This document shows, one piece after another, positions 13,257 through 26,812 of a DNA stretch of 64,000 bases. Made by a program: the position numbers and the translations under genes. The notes below the pieces were generated by a model. It did not search any database, was not told the DNA's origin, and saw only the letters and a program-made list of their open reading frames with translations. This DNA comes from Octopus sinensis (taxonomy: Eukaryota). The stretch lies in NCBI RefSeq assembly GCF_006345805.1, contig NC_043024.1, forward strand, positions 15,686,001-15,750,000, given 5' to 3'. The first letter of the stretch is position 1, and the number at the start of each line of letters is the position of its first letter.

Positions 13257-13622
13257 TATTATCTCCACCTAAGCGAAGGCGGAGGTATTGTTTTCAGTTG
13301 TGTTTGTTTGTTTGTTTGTTGACATGATATCTCAAGAACCGCTGGATGGATTCAGATGAAACTTTCAGAGATGTTTGGCCTCATGACTGACATAAACTGA
13401 TTAGATTTCAGGATTAATCCAGTACCAGACAAGGATTCTAGATTATTTTCCTGCTTTTTTTTACTTAATTTCTGAGAGCAGTCAGGTTTGTTTTTAGTAT
13501 TCTCATTTGTGAAAGCAGTCGAGTTTATTTCAGATATTCTCCTTTTAAAAATCATCTCTGGCTAATCATTGAGAGGACATTGGTGTTGATTTGGTACAAG
13601 TTTGTGCTCTCTGAGTACTTTT
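13257..13622 (+). mobile_element. Helentron-associated non-autonomous element (HINE-like)
   Basis: 5' hairpin ctccacc-taagcgaa-ggcggag, GTTT microsatellite, 3' ..gtgctctctgagt. A second copy lies at 57727. Confidence 0.6.
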
Positions 13623-14817
13623 GCTTTTATATTTGTTCTACAAATTTTTGATTTGAAATAATGTGTTGAAACTGGGGGGGGGGTGTTTTGGGAGGGTCAT
13701 CTTGCCAATTATAACACACACACTGGTTATGGTTCACTTCAGTTTTATTATCAATTAATTAGATAAATTAGATTATTTGATTGTTAGTCTATTGACTATT
13801 CTGTCAAGGATCTTTTGTTATAGTTTGTGACCTTATTGATAATGACGTGTCCCTCATACACATTGCCTATGTTGGCATACACTTCTTCTTTTAGCTTCAT
13901 TCCAGAATTGAATTTACCATTTCTGTTATCCACGAATCACTCTTGGAGGGTTCAACAGAATGTTGTAAAGATTTAATCCAAAGACAGATGGATAGATCCT
14001 GAAAACAATATGCATCCATCACTGATGAGGTTTGGATATTTCGCCAACAGTGACTTGTCAGAGCATTTCATGACTCACTGCTAGTCATAGCCATCTTGCA
14101 TTTCATTTGGATGAAGTTTTTACACCATACATCTGTATTGAGTTCTTCATTGGTTTATGTTACTGTTTCTTGGGACTCTTTTCTATAAACACGTGTCTGT
14201 AATTGTGTATAGAATTATACTAAGTCTTTAAAAAATACACATTATCTTAGCTTTGTTTTATTTTGTAATAGTATTATATATTACCAAGTATCATAGTTTT
14301 TTTGTCATATACATATATATGTATACACATGCATGTATATACATATGCATGCATGTGTGTATATGCACATAAGAAGGAGAAGAAATTTATCATAGACAAA
14401 TGCAAAAATATTTACATTTTTTGTTGTTAAAATATACTACTGGTTTCAATCTCTTTTAAGGCACTTAAGTCATGCTGAAATAAAAGGGGCAATAAAATGA
14501 AATAAATTAAATTAATCTTTTATATCATGTCTGGAAGTTTATGTTTTTCTTGCTAAAATCACAGAGGGCTGATTTTTTTTTTTTTCGTAAGAAGATCATG
14601 TGGCTTTCTAGAACTAGTATCAGAAAGATATTTTAAATTTGTTTACTTTTTCATTTCAGCATGACTAAATTGCCTTTTTAAGCAACTGAAACCAGTAACA
14701 TATTTTGATATTTCTTGATGAAATTCTCGAAGCATTTTCTTCTTTTCCTTTAATGTAAATTTACTTGTGTGAAGCTTTCTAACCTTTTCAATAGGTGGAC
14801 AGACTGACAGATATATA

Positions 14818-16221
14818 ACACTGTGTAATACGATATTTGTCCTTGAGTAACAATTGCTATTTCCTATTTGCTTACACTGAGAAAGTATGAGCTAGAGTGC
14901 ATTCCCCAAAACTCTTGACACCCTAGGTATGAAAAATTGCTTATAGTTCCTTCAAGCATTGCTTTTCTTATGTTTTTTCAAACTCCAAAGATGCAGATTG
15001 TTGATTACTAAGGGACATGCTCAAGTGGTTAAGGTCAAGTAACTGACAAGCAAATCTGTGGTATTGAACAGAATATTTGCTATAATGATATTTCTGCTTC
15101 AGCAACTCAGCGCTGAATCTGTCTGAAATGGAATGGAAAATAGGTCAGTTTCAAAACATTGGCATCCAGATCAGAAAAGCAAAGTTTGAAGGGAAGAACA
15201 GACATTTCTTTTGATTTGTAGATAGAAGCAAATACGAAATAACACTTACCGACCAAAGACAAAGAAAACTAAAATATTTTTTACACAGTATAATCTGTGT
15301 ATATGTGTGTGTGTTTACAGATAGGTGAACAAGCAAAGAAGGTGGTGAGCTGGCAGAATCGTTAGGGTGCCGGGCGAAATGCTTAGCGGTATTTCATCTG
15401 CCTTTATGTTCTGAGTTCAAATTCCGCCGAGGTTGACTTTGCCTTTCATCCTTTTGGGGTCGATAAATTAAGTACCAGTTATGCACTGGGGTCGATGTAA
15501 TCAACTTAATCCCTTTGTTTGTCCTTGTTTGTCCCCTCTGTTTAGCCCTCTGTGGGCAATAAAGAAATAAGATAGGTGAACAAGCAAAATAAAGTTGTAC
15601 TCAGTACATTTAGTCAGAGTTATAAGTATTTAATAAGTTTATTCAGCTTCGCAACACATAAAGGTTCGTAGATTTAGATGGGGGTCTACATCTTTCAGAT
15701 ATCATCAGATGTTTGAGTCAGTAAAATTAATTTGGTAACACTTTGTAACAACATTTTTCTTTGTCTTTGGTCAGTAAGTGTTGTATTTCCTATCTACTTC
15801 TATTTAGAAATCAAAGGAAATCACTACTATTCCCTTCAAACATTACTTTTGTCGCTTTGGACATCAATGTTACGAAACTTACCTATTTTCCATTACATTT
15901 CAGACAGATTCAGCACTGACTTGCTGAAGCAGAAATATCATTATAGCAAATATTCTGTTCAATATCACAGATTTGCTTGTCAGTTGCTTGACTATAACCA
16001 TTTGAACATGTTCCTCAGTGGCTGACGATATGTGCATCTCTGATCACGAACAGAAGTAGTGGGGGAGCATCATAGCCATGTGTTGAGGAATTCTTTGGGA
16101 TTTGAATAAATCTAAGAAAAGCAAAGTTTGAAGGGAATATTGGCCATTTTTCATACCCTTTAGGGATAAGCAAATAGGAAATAAGTCATTACCCAAGGAC
16201 AATAATCATGTTACACAGTGC
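14818..16221. repeat. Foldback: about 450-bp composite inverted arms around a spacer containing a SINE B
   Basis: 15005-15290 is complementary to 15738-16022. Outer segments 14818-14975 are complementary to 16110-16221. Confidence 0.85.
15338..15569 (+). mobile_element. SINE family B, tail type i, with 19-bp target-site duplication
   Basis: TSD agataggtgaacaagcaaa at 15319-15337 and 15570-15588. tRNA-like head with GTTCAAATTCC, core gactttgcctttcatcctttcggggtcgataaa. Confidence 0.92.
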
Positions 16222-17433
16222 AATGGCTTTCAGGTAAGAATATTGAGGGAAGGGGATTCTGTTAGTTCAAGAATGTGAATAGTTTTAAAATATGGCTGTG
16301 CCAAAAAAATTTATATGATTCCATGTTGCAGAGGGGACAGTCTGTTACACAGTGTTGTGGAAGGATTCCAACCAATCCCAGGGGACTAAAAGTGGATTAT
16401 CTCATTGTTATACAACAAAGAACTGTGAGCAATTGACAGTTCATGTTGGTAGCAGTTCACTGTGATCCCTCTGTATAGAGCATTGAGTCTTGTATAATAG
16501 TAATAGTAGTACGTTATGTATATACTGTCTTCCTCCCTGCTTTGTTATATATCCAATCCAAGGATATTATTTATTATTTTTTTATGTGGCCTTTTCAAAC
16601 CTAGCCAGGCTCATGGGCCCAGTTTCCCCGGTTTCTGTGGCTTACGTGTCCCCCTCCCCCAGTTGGATTGGACACCAGTCCATCCCAGCATTACTCAAGT
16701 AACAGGAAGAGAGAGCGAGAGAGGAGATGGTGGTGAAGACGTGTCAAGGCGTATCTATGACTGACGGGGTGGGGTGTGGGGTTCACAAGTGAAGTGGCAC
16801 AGGATGGGTTGGAGCCAGTGGGCACCAAAGTTCGCAAGAGTGCAAACCAAGAGTTGGTGATTGAAGCCAAGTCATAAATCTCCTCAACAATTTTCACAGA
16901 ATTTTTGAAAATTTCATTTTATTTTCACACACACACACACATATATATAAAGACAAAAAATGTGTATATATATATATATACACTCACAGACATACATTTT
17001 CTTGTCTTTCCTTTTGCATCTTCAGTTTGAATCAGTCTTCCGCAGTCTTGATTTCATTCCTAATCATTCCTTTAATTACATTTCCAATTTCGAGTCTTTG
17101 AGTCTTGTAAAGTCTCCAGAGCAGTAACCTCTTCTTTTTAGAGGCTGCAAAAAAAAAAAAAAAAAAAAAAAAAAAGATAAAAAAAGAAGAAAGATAAAAG
17201 GATAAAAACAAAAATGAAAGTGTGTTTCTGCTTGAGATGCTTACAATTGTGAAGATTTAAAAATCACAAAAACAAGAAAAATAACAACAACAACAACAAT
17301 AATAATAACCATAATAAAGTTAGTTTGGTATTGCTTATGGTAAACAACTGCAGGGGTTTGATATTAATCATCTGTGTACAGTGTTAGGCAAGTGAATGTG
17401 TGTGTATACACATATACATACATATGTATACAA

Positions 17434-17478
<45 letters not shown>

Positions 17479-18532
17479 CATAAATACTATATACATGTAT
17501 ACATACTTATATATATGTATATATATATATACACACATATATACATAAATACATATATACATGTATACATACTTATATATATGTATATATATATACACAC
17601 ATATATATATGAATATACATATATTTATATACATGCATTCTCTATGTATGCACATACACATGTATGCGTGTGTATATATGCATGTATACAGGCACACACA
17701 TTCACACATGTGTGTGTTTGTCTTTGTTTGACTTATTCATCTGGCTGTGTACACAGAAGATCATTTCATTCTTCCACTTCAAAGACTGACGGCGGCAACA
17801 ACTGTCCATTTCAGAGGAAAATATTTTCTTTCCATCTTTCTTTCTTTCCTTCTTTCTTTCTTTTTCAAAAAATGATTCAAAGATATGAAAATAACTAAGT
17901 TATAAAGTAATAGAATCTTCCATTGGTTTTAATGTTCTCTTTGGGAATTGTTCTAGAGCTGCCGAAATCTCTTGAATGCATTAACTGTGCAAAACTGGCA
18001 CTGAAAGAAAAATAGAAAAAGGAGGAAGAATATTCATAAAAATCAATCATTTTTTGTTCTGTTGAAATTATGGTTGCAGAGGAAAGGAATATGAAGGTGT
18101 GTGGGGAAGCCATGGCATCAGAATATTCGGCAAAAGTTTCTTTGTCTTCCTAAGCTTCTCATTTCTGGTTTTGTAGTTCTGTAAATATATGAACTTGGTT
18201 AAAGGAGATTTAGACTCACCTCTGTCAGGGACTCTAGGACTCATAGTGTATCAGTGATTTGAAACCAAACTGCTAGGTAGCCAGACAAACATCACAACCT
18301 AACCACATTAGTTTCACATGATCCGTCTCTTAAGCAACAAATCAGCTTCAAGCCATTGTGTGATTGAATTTTTTTGAATTTTCTCTTTGTGTCCTGTAAA
18401 AAGGTGGGTTTTAGTGGTAATCGCAGAATGTTGAGGCAGCCATATATTGTATTTTCATTTGTGTCACATCGAATCGATTAAGACAAATGGCTGATAGTAA
18501 ACAGAAATTTTCATCACCATTTTAAATTTTTT

Positions 18533-19040
18533 TATCTTTTATCTTGTTTCAGTCATCAGACTTCAGCCATGCTGGGGCACCACCTTGAAATGATTTGACC
18601 CCAGTCTGGTACTTAATCTATCAGTCTCTTTTTCCAAACCACTAAGTTACAGGGATGTGAATACACCACCAAGTGATGGTGGGGGACAAACACACACACA
18701 CACATGCACACATAAATGACTAACTTCTTTTAGTTTACATCTACCAAATCCCTTTCCAAGACTTTGGTTGGCTGGAGACTACAGTAGAAGACACTTGCCT
18801 AAGATACCACACAGTGGGACTGAACCCAGAACCATGTGGTTGGGAAGCAAACTTCTTACTACACAGCCATATCTGGGCAATTGACCAGATGTCATGACTG
18901 GAAAATAATTGCCTAGATGTGGCTGTGTGGTAAGTAGCTTGCTTACCAACCACATGGTTCCGGGTTCAGTCCCACTGCATGGCACCTTGGGCAAGTGTCT
19001 TCTACTATAATCTCTGGCCAACCAAAGTCTTGTGAGTGCC
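18533..19040. mobile_element. Two SINE A copies in opposite orientation (18533-18872 minus, 18918-19040 plus 5' half)
   Basis: Family A matches. Confidence 0.82.
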
Positions 19041-20261
19041 ACAGATTGCTGTATCAGTATGGTTGTTGTATACCGCAAGCATTATGTCTCTCCCAGGGTG
19101 TTATTATTACTATTAGTATTTGTAAAAGACCAACACATTGAAAAGTCTAAGTGCCCCAGTCCACTCAGCTGTAAACGGGTCCCAGCGATAGCTGTGCAAG
19201 TTAACCCTGCAATAGACCAATGTCTCACTCAGGGGTGAGGGTTGAGTAATGTCACTCACATGCCATGGGAACAAGGTTAATCGTTCATGAGTGTTATCAG
19301 TTAATTCTTCATATGGCCTGAGAAATACATTTTTAGTCATCCCTTCAGACCAGCTGACAACAACACCTGCCACAACAGTAGTTTCCATTGTGTATCGGTG
19401 AATGAAATTACAATGCTCAATTTCTAACTGAACTGGGCATTGGTCTGTCGCTGGGTTAATTTGCCCAGATGTTGCTGAAACTCTTTTGGAAATGAGTGAA
19501 CTGGAGCGACATGAATTGAAGTGTTTTCCACAAGAACTCAATGCACTGCCCTGTCTGGGAATTGAAATCATATTCTTACAATTGTGAATATAACATTCTT
19601 ACCACTAGGCCATATGCCTTCTCTCAGCTATTTCTGGGACCCATTTATAACATGAAATGAAGTGTTTTCCATAAGAACTCAATGCACTGTCCTGTCTGGG
19701 AATTGAAACCAGGGAACTAAAAAGAAAATGGAGTTTATGAATCCTGGGATCCGTAAGATTTAAGTGAACCTTGTTCCCATGGCATGTAAGTGACTGACAT
19801 TACATTACTCAAGCCGCCACCCCTAAATGAGACATTGGTCTGTTGCAAGGTTAATTTGCCCAGCTATTGCCAGAACCTGTTAACAGCTGAGTGGACTGGG
19901 GCAAAATGCGATGAAGTGTTTTGCTCAAGAACTCAATGCGCTGCCCTGTATGGGAATTAAAACTGCAATCTTACAGTCCTGAGCACATCGTCCTAACCAT
20001 TAGGCCATGTGCCTTCTTCCATCTATTGCTGGAAACCATTTACAGTTGAGTGGACTGGTGCAGTGTGAAATGAAGTGCTTTCTTCAAGAACACAATACAA
20101 TGCACCACCCGGTTGTGGAATCAGAACCATGCAACTGTAAAGAAGTTGGGGTTTCAGTCTCTGATCAGTCCTGTAACTCATGAAGACAGTGTTTAACTCA
20201 GTGAACAAAAAACTAAGATTACCATTCTTGGCACCATTGAACAGGGTTCTGGTCCATTGTA

Positions 20262-20828
20262 TTGGGTTGTCCGGAAAGTTCGTGCCGATTTTTAAAGGAA
20301 AGAAAAAGGTCAATAAATACTTGCCATTACATTTTTAATCAACCAAATATGAACCATTTTGTTGTACAATGCATCTCCATCTTTCCTTTAACTTGAAAAT
20401 ACCCCCCTTTCCAGAATCAATGTGGTTTCATGGCAAAGAATTCATCAAGGTATCTTTTTATGTCATCCAAGGAATTGAAATTTTTACCATTAAGACTATT
20501 CTGCAGAGACCTGCATAAGTGGAAATCCGAAGGAACAATATCTGGTGAATATGGAGGGTGGGGTAACACATCCCAGCCGAAATGCAGCAATTTTTGTCTG
20601 GTTCCCAAAGCATCAAGTGCCGAAAATGAACTTTCTTATCTTCCATTTTAAAGGGTTACAGAATTAACACAGGTTATAGGAACATAAACCTTCTTCCACG
20701 AAAAGATAGCTTAAACTGTGTTCTAAATGGAGATGTAGTCAAATCCTATTTTATGGACTCAACCACGTTCTAAAACAAGTCGAAAGGTAAGCTACTATAA
20801 ATTGGCACAAACTTTGTGGACAACCCAA
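20262..20828 (-). mobile_element. Internally deleted mariner element
   Basis: TIRs ttgggttgtccggaaagttcgtgccgatt / attggcacaaactttgtggacaacccaa with TA TSD. MEDKKVHFRHLML N-terminus is joined to the WDVLPHPPYSPDIVPSDFHL C-terminus. Confidence 0.93.
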
Positions 20829-22415
20829 TAGAATTGTGTTGACTTGCCTGGCCATTCTAGAACTGGTTTCTAGTTGGTTAAACTGGAGTAACATGAAAAG
20901 AAGTGTTTTGCTCAAGAATATAAAGCACTGTTCAGTCTGCACATTGAAAACATGGAGCTGAAAAGGTGGGACGTAGGTCCATTATGAGCCCTACAACTCA
21001 TAAAGTTTGAGCAACCTCAGTTTTCATGGCACATGAATAACTGACATTACAACACTCAATTCTACCCTTGACTGGGCTGCTGGTCTGTCGCAGGGTTAAC
21101 CTGCCCAGCTATTGCCGGAACTGATTTCCAGTAGAGTGGACTGAAGCAATGTGAAATGTGTTTAGCTCAAGAATGCATTGCAATGCACTGACTCATCTGG
21201 GAACATCTACATGGTCATTTGGCCTGCTAAAAATAGCAGCAAAATAAACATCATTACCAACCCCTGTACATTACTGTGTCGAGTCCTAGAACTTGTAGGG
21301 CCCGATTTTCATGGCAGATAAGTGACCCAGATCACAACATTCCACCCTCAACAGGATGCCAGTCCATGGCGGGGGTGGGGGTGGGGGTCATTCATTTACA
21401 GATGGGTAGGGGTTGAATGGACTGGAGCAATATGGAATGAAGTATTTTGCTCAAGAATGCAATGCACTGCCTGATCTGGGAACATCTATGTGGCCATTCG
21501 GATTGCTAGAAATAGCAGCAAAAATTATCTGAGTTCCAAGAAGTATAGTACCAGTTACTCAGTTTCCATGGTGATTGAGTGATCGAGATTGCAACATTTC
21601 TCCCTGAATGGAACACTGGTCCCTTGCAGGGTTACTCATTTTTGCCAGCTGAGTGGACTAAAGCAACATAAAATGAAGTGTTTTGCTCAAGAACACAATG
21701 TACCATCTGGCCTGAGAACACAGTAGTGTACAGGAGTTGGTAATGATTTTTTGCTGCTATCTCTAGCAGTCTGAATGACCACATAGCTGTTCCTGTGTCA
21801 AGTCCTAGAACTCATAGGGCCCGGTTTTCATGGCAGATAAGTGCCTCAGATCACAACATTCCATCCTCAACAGGATGCCAGTCCATGGCAGGGGTCGTTC
21901 ATTTACAGCTGAGTAGTGGTTAAACGGACTAGAGCAACATGGAATGAAGTTTTGCTTAAGAACACCAATGGACTGACCCATCTGGAAATTGAAATCATGC
22001 AACTGAAAAAATGTACCTGGGACTTGGGTCTGTGATGAGCTCTAGGACTCCTGAGGTTAGAGTTTAACTTGGTGTAAAAGCAACTAAGATGACCATTTTT
22101 CTTACCAATGAATGAGATTCTGGTCCATTGTAGTGTTGCGTGAACTTGCCCAGCTGTTGTTGGAACTGATTTGGCACATTGAAAGCACCAGGCACACATT
22201 TTAAAGTGGTTGGCATTAGGAAGGGCATCCAGCCATAGAAACCAAGCTGAATCAGATTGGGACCCGGTGCAGCTGTCCTGCTTGCCAGCTCTGGTCAAAC
22301 CGTCCAACTCATGCCAGCATGGACAATGGACATTAAATGGAACAACATGAAATGAGATATTTTGTTTAAGAATATAGCATGTCACCTGGTCTGAGAATCG
22401 AAACTATGAAACTAT

Positions 22416-22607
22416 AGGTGTAGGAGTGGCTGTGTGGTAAGTAGCTTGCCTACTATCCACATGGATCTAGGTTCAGTCCCACTGCGTGGCACTTTGGGCA
22501 AGTGTCTTTTACTGTAGCCTCGGGCCGACCAAAGGCTTGTGAGTGGATTTGGTAGATGGAAACTGAAAGAAGCCCATCATTTATATGAATATATATGTGT
22601 ATATATA

Positions 22608-22659
<52 letters not shown>

Positions 22660-22862
22660 ATACGTTTGTGTGTCTGTGTTTGTCCCCCCAGCATCGTTTG
22701 ACAACCTATGCTGGTGTGTTTACATCCTTGTAACTTAGTGGTTTGGCAAAAGGCACCAATAGAATAAGTACTAGGCTTACAAAGATTTGCTCGACTAAAG
22801 GCAGTGTTCCAGCATGGTCACAGTCAAATGACTGAAGCAAGTAAAAGAGAGTAAAAAGAGTA
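22416..22862 (+). mobile_element. SINE family A
   Basis: Family A match. Confidence 0.88.
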
Positions 22863-23080
22863 AACTGAAAAGAAGAAAGTGGTATTTAAGTTAGTCCTTA
22901 ACCCTAGGGCTCATAAGGTTTTAGCTCACCTGGTTTCCATGGCATATAAATCTGAGATTACAACACTCGATCCACCCTCCCCAGAATGCACAGAGATAAC
23001 TTCTCAGCTGTTATTAGAACCCATTTACATTCGAATGGACTTGAGTGACATGAAATGAAAAATTTTACTCAAGAACATAT

Positions 23081-23474
23081 AGGCGCAGGAGTGGCTGTGT
23101 GGTAAGTAGCTTGCTTACCAACCACATGGTTCTTGATTCAGTCCCATTGCGTGGCACCTTCGGCAAGTGTCTTCTACTACAACCTCAGGTCGACCAAAGA
23201 CTTGTGAGTGGATTTGGTAGACGGAAACTGAAAAGAAGCCCGTCATGTATATGTATACATATATGCGTGTGTATGTTTGTCCCCCCCACAACATCGCTTG
23301 ACAACCGATGTTGGTGTGTTAATGTCCTCGTAACTTAGCAGTTCGGCAAAAAAGACCGATAGAATAAGTACTAGGCTTTCAAAGAATAAATCCTGGGGTC
23401 GATTTGCTCGACTAAAAGTATTGCTCCAGCATGGCCACAGTCAAACGACTGATACAATTACAAGAATAAAGAGT
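23081..23474 (+). mobile_element. SINE family A inserted into a unit of the SINE-F-related cluster
   Basis: The cluster motif breaks at ...caagaacatat and resumes ...aacacaacacgatgc. Confidence 0.88.
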
Positions 23475-23577
23475 AACACAACACGATGCACTCTATGATC
23501 ATGTGATTTTGTGTGCAACTCCCTGACCATTAGGGTCCATGTGCCTTCTCTCAGTTATTGCTGGAACTATTTTTATA

Positions 23578-23940
23578 ATTGACTGGAGGAAGACTGAGGA
23601 CTTGATGGGGATTTTGGGGTTGGAGGAATAGGTGGGACGGCTGGCAAGGGCGAATGGAGTGTGGTGGTATGGACATGTGTTGAGGAGGGATGAGGAGCCT
23701 GTTCTGAGGAGGGTGCTTGAGTTTGAGGTAAATGGACCACGAAAGTGAGATAGACCAAGGAAAACATGGAGGGGACAGGTGGAGGAGATTGGGAGGGTTG
23801 GCTTGAGAAGGGAGGATACCCTAAACCAGGTAAGATGACAAGATGGTGGTTGCTATGGCATTGAAGTAGATCCAGCCACCCCCGTTAACGGGGACAAAAC
23901 CCAGATTTAAAACATGATGATGATACTGATGATGATGATG
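23578..23940 (+). mobile_element. RTE-clade LINE 3' end with (GAT)n tail
   Basis: WYGHVLRRDEEPVLRRVLEFEVNGPRK*DRPRKTW...VGLRRED, a typical RTE ORF2 C-terminus. Confidence 0.85.
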
Positions 23941-24177
23941 GACTGGAGCAATGTAAAATGCACTGCCTTATCTGGGAATTGAAATCGTGACCTTACAATC
24001 CTGTGTACAACACACTAACCACTATGACACCCTCCTTCTCCCAGTTATTATTTGAGCACATTTATAGTCGAATGAACTGAAGCAATGTGATATAGAAGTG
24101 TTTTGCAGAAGAACACAACACAGTGACCATTCTGGGAATTGAAACCATAATCTTATAATCACGAGGGCAGAAAAAAA

Positions 24178-24910
24178 GGGAACCCTTCAGTCATGAATGA
24201 CCATGGGATTTCACCTAGAAAGTTACCCCCTGAGGCACAAGTCTGGGCAAGGTTGTTTATGGAAGGCCAGCAGTTGCCCATGCATACTGGCCTCCATTCT
24301 CCACGCCACTGATGTTATCCAAGGGAAAGGCAAAGGGGCCGATACAGTTTGGCACCAGTGATGTCACAACTCATTTCTACAGCTGAATGAACTGGAGCAA
24401 CCTGAAATAAAGTGTCTTGCTCAAGAACACAACACACAGCTCAGTCCGAGATATGAACTCACAACCTCACGATTGTAAGCTCGATGCTCTAACCACTAAG
24501 TCATGTGCCTTGACCACATCAGTGTAATTGACAGATAAATTAGGAATATATATATATATAATATATATATTGCTGAGACCCCCTTTGGTCATGACTGACC
24601 ATGGGATTACACCTAGAAAGTTACCCTCTCAGGTACAAATCCAGGCTAGGTTGTTTATGGAAGACCAGCAGTCGTCCATGCATACCGGCCTCCCCTCTCC
24701 ACGCCACTGATGTTATCCAAGGGAAAGGCAAAGGGGCTGATATAGCTTGGCACCTGTGACATCGCAACTCATTTCTACAGCTGAGTGAACTAGAACAATG
24801 TGAAATAAAGTGTCCTGCTCAAGAACACAACATAGCCCGGTCTAGGAATCAAACTCACAACCTCACGATCATAAGCTCGACACTCTAACCACTGAACCAT
24901 GCGCTTTCAC
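24178..24910 (-). mobile_element. Two tandem SINE F copies (24178-24511, 24578-24910)
   Basis: Reverse-complement match to 6823-7157. Confidence 0.88.
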
Positions 24911-25687
24911 AATCACGAGGGTAACACCCTAACTATTACTCTGTGCGCTTTCTCTCAGCTATTGTCAAGACTCATTTACAGCTGAGTGAACTGGAACAGC
25001 ATGAAATGAAGCATTTAGCACAAGAACACAATGCACTGCCCTGTCTTGGAATCGAACCTGTGTTCTTACAGTCATCAGTACAACACCCTTAACCATTAAA
25101 CCACACTCCTTCTCCCAGCTTTTATTTGAACACATTTATAGGGGAGTGGACTGAAGCAACATGAAATAAACTACCGCAATCACCACTACCACCACCAATA
25201 GTGCTACATCTGCTACTACTACTACCACCGCCACCACTACTACTAGTGCTGATAGCTTACACCCCACTACTACTACTACTACTACCACCACCATGATGGT
25301 TATGATGACAACTACCACCACCATCACTACTACGACGGCTTACACCCCCACTACTACTACCACCACCACCACTACTAGTACTACTATTACTACTACTTCT
25401 GTTGCTGCAGTAGGAGATAAGCAAATGAAGGCGCTTCTACATGGTCAGTCAATAAGCTAGAAATAATAGCTAAATCTCCCTCAAAAATCACACATTAAAT
25501 TATAAAAATAAATGACACATTAGATAACATAGTCAAAGTAGAATGCCTAAAGGAAAACAGGGGGGATTGTCATGACTGAAATCTCCTTGAATCATATCTG
25601 TAGGGGCCTAAACAACAAGACATGGGTGAAAAGATATTTACCAGAATCCCATAATTTTTTACCCAATCTTTAACTTACTCAGATATG

Positions 25688-26812
25688 CTTCCAGTGGGTG
25701 TATATATTTCAGTTTCAAGAGGATGTATAACTCTTTTCTGAGAATGTGTATTATTCTTTTTCAACAAGTTGTATAATTCTTCTTCGAAAGGTTGTATAAT
25801 TCTTCTTCCAGTGTGTGTATAATTCTTCTTCGAAAGGTTGTATAATTCTTCTTCCAGTGTGTTTATAATTCTTCTTCCTGAAGATGTACAATTCTTCTTC
25901 CAGTGAGTGTATAACTCTTCCAATGAATGTATAATTTTTTTACCAGACTTTGTATGATTTTTGTCCCAGAGTGTGTTTAATTCTTCTTCAAGGGTCTGTT
26001 TAATTCTTTCACCAGTGAGTGTATAATTATCCTTACAGAGTGTGTATAATTTTTCTCCTAGAGAGTATATCATTCTTATTCCTAAGAACATATAATTTTT
26101 CCTCCAGAGAGCATGTATAATTGTTCTTCCAGAAATTGTATAATTTTTCTCCAAGAGGGTGTATACAATTTTTCCACAAAGGCTATACAATTCTTCCACA
26201 GAGTGTATAATTCTTTTTCCACTGTATGTATAATCCTTCTTTAAGAGCATATATAATTCTTCTTCCAGTGAGTGTATAATTGTTTTTCCTGAGAGTGTAT
26301 GATTCATCTTCAAGATCTGTAATTATTTTCAAGTGTGTGTATACATATTTTTACAGAGCATGTATAATGTCTTCTATAGAGAGTGTATGATTTTTCTCCC
26401 ACAGAGGGTGTATAATTATTCTTCAAAAGACTGTATAAACCTTTCACAAAGCATATAATTGTCCTTCCAGAGAGAGTATATAAGAGAGTGTGTAGTTCTT
26501 TAAAAAAGAGTGTATAAGTCTTCTAGAAAGTATAAACACTCTTCAACAGAGTGTATAATTTTTCTGGAAAGTGAATATTTTTCCAGAAGGTGCATAAATC
26601 TTTTGCCAGAATGTGTATAATTCTTCTTCTAGAGAGAGTGTATATATCTTATTCAAGAGGGTGTTTTATTCATCTTCAAGAGAGCATATACATTTCTTCC
26701 TCAAGAGAGTGTTTAATTCATCTTCAAGAGAGTGTATATAATTCTTCTTCAACAAAGAGTGTACAATTCTTCTTTAAGAGGGTAAATAATTCTTCTACTT
26801 GAAGAGAGTATG
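25688..26812. repeat. Degenerate 23-bp minisatellite (about ccagagagtgtataattcttctt), roughly 45-50 units
   Basis: gtgtataatt recurs about every 20-25 nt. This explains the 23-aa periodicity of ORF 25675-26313. Confidence 0.9.

Larger units (their letters stand above)
19140..25170 (-). repeat. Cluster of about 16 old SINE-F-related units, nearly all on the minus strand, interrupted by younger elements
   Basis: Recurring gtggactggagcaa..tgaaatgaagtgttttgctcaagaac..aatgcactg..tctgggaattgaaac motif from about 19500 to 25165. Confidence 0.85.

Noticed and set aside
16205-16240. CAG|GTAAGA donor with upstream ATGs
   Set aside because: The ATG frame is phase 2 and the phase-1 frame has a nearby stop, so it cannot join exon 33125. 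It lies at the edge of the foldback arm.
18070-18105. ATG...AAG|GTGTGT mini-exon (MVAEERNMK)
   Set aside because: Weak donor, and phase 0 is incompatible with the next exon (phase 1).
25675-26313. 212-aa repeat protein as a real CDS
   Set aside because: Explained by a 23-bp minisatellite with register-shifting units. Kept only as a low-interest finding.
19140-26812. CRISPR-like repeat/spacer appearance
   Set aside because: Eukaryotic intron, degenerate repeats of SINE or minisatellite origin, irregular spacing and no cas genes.
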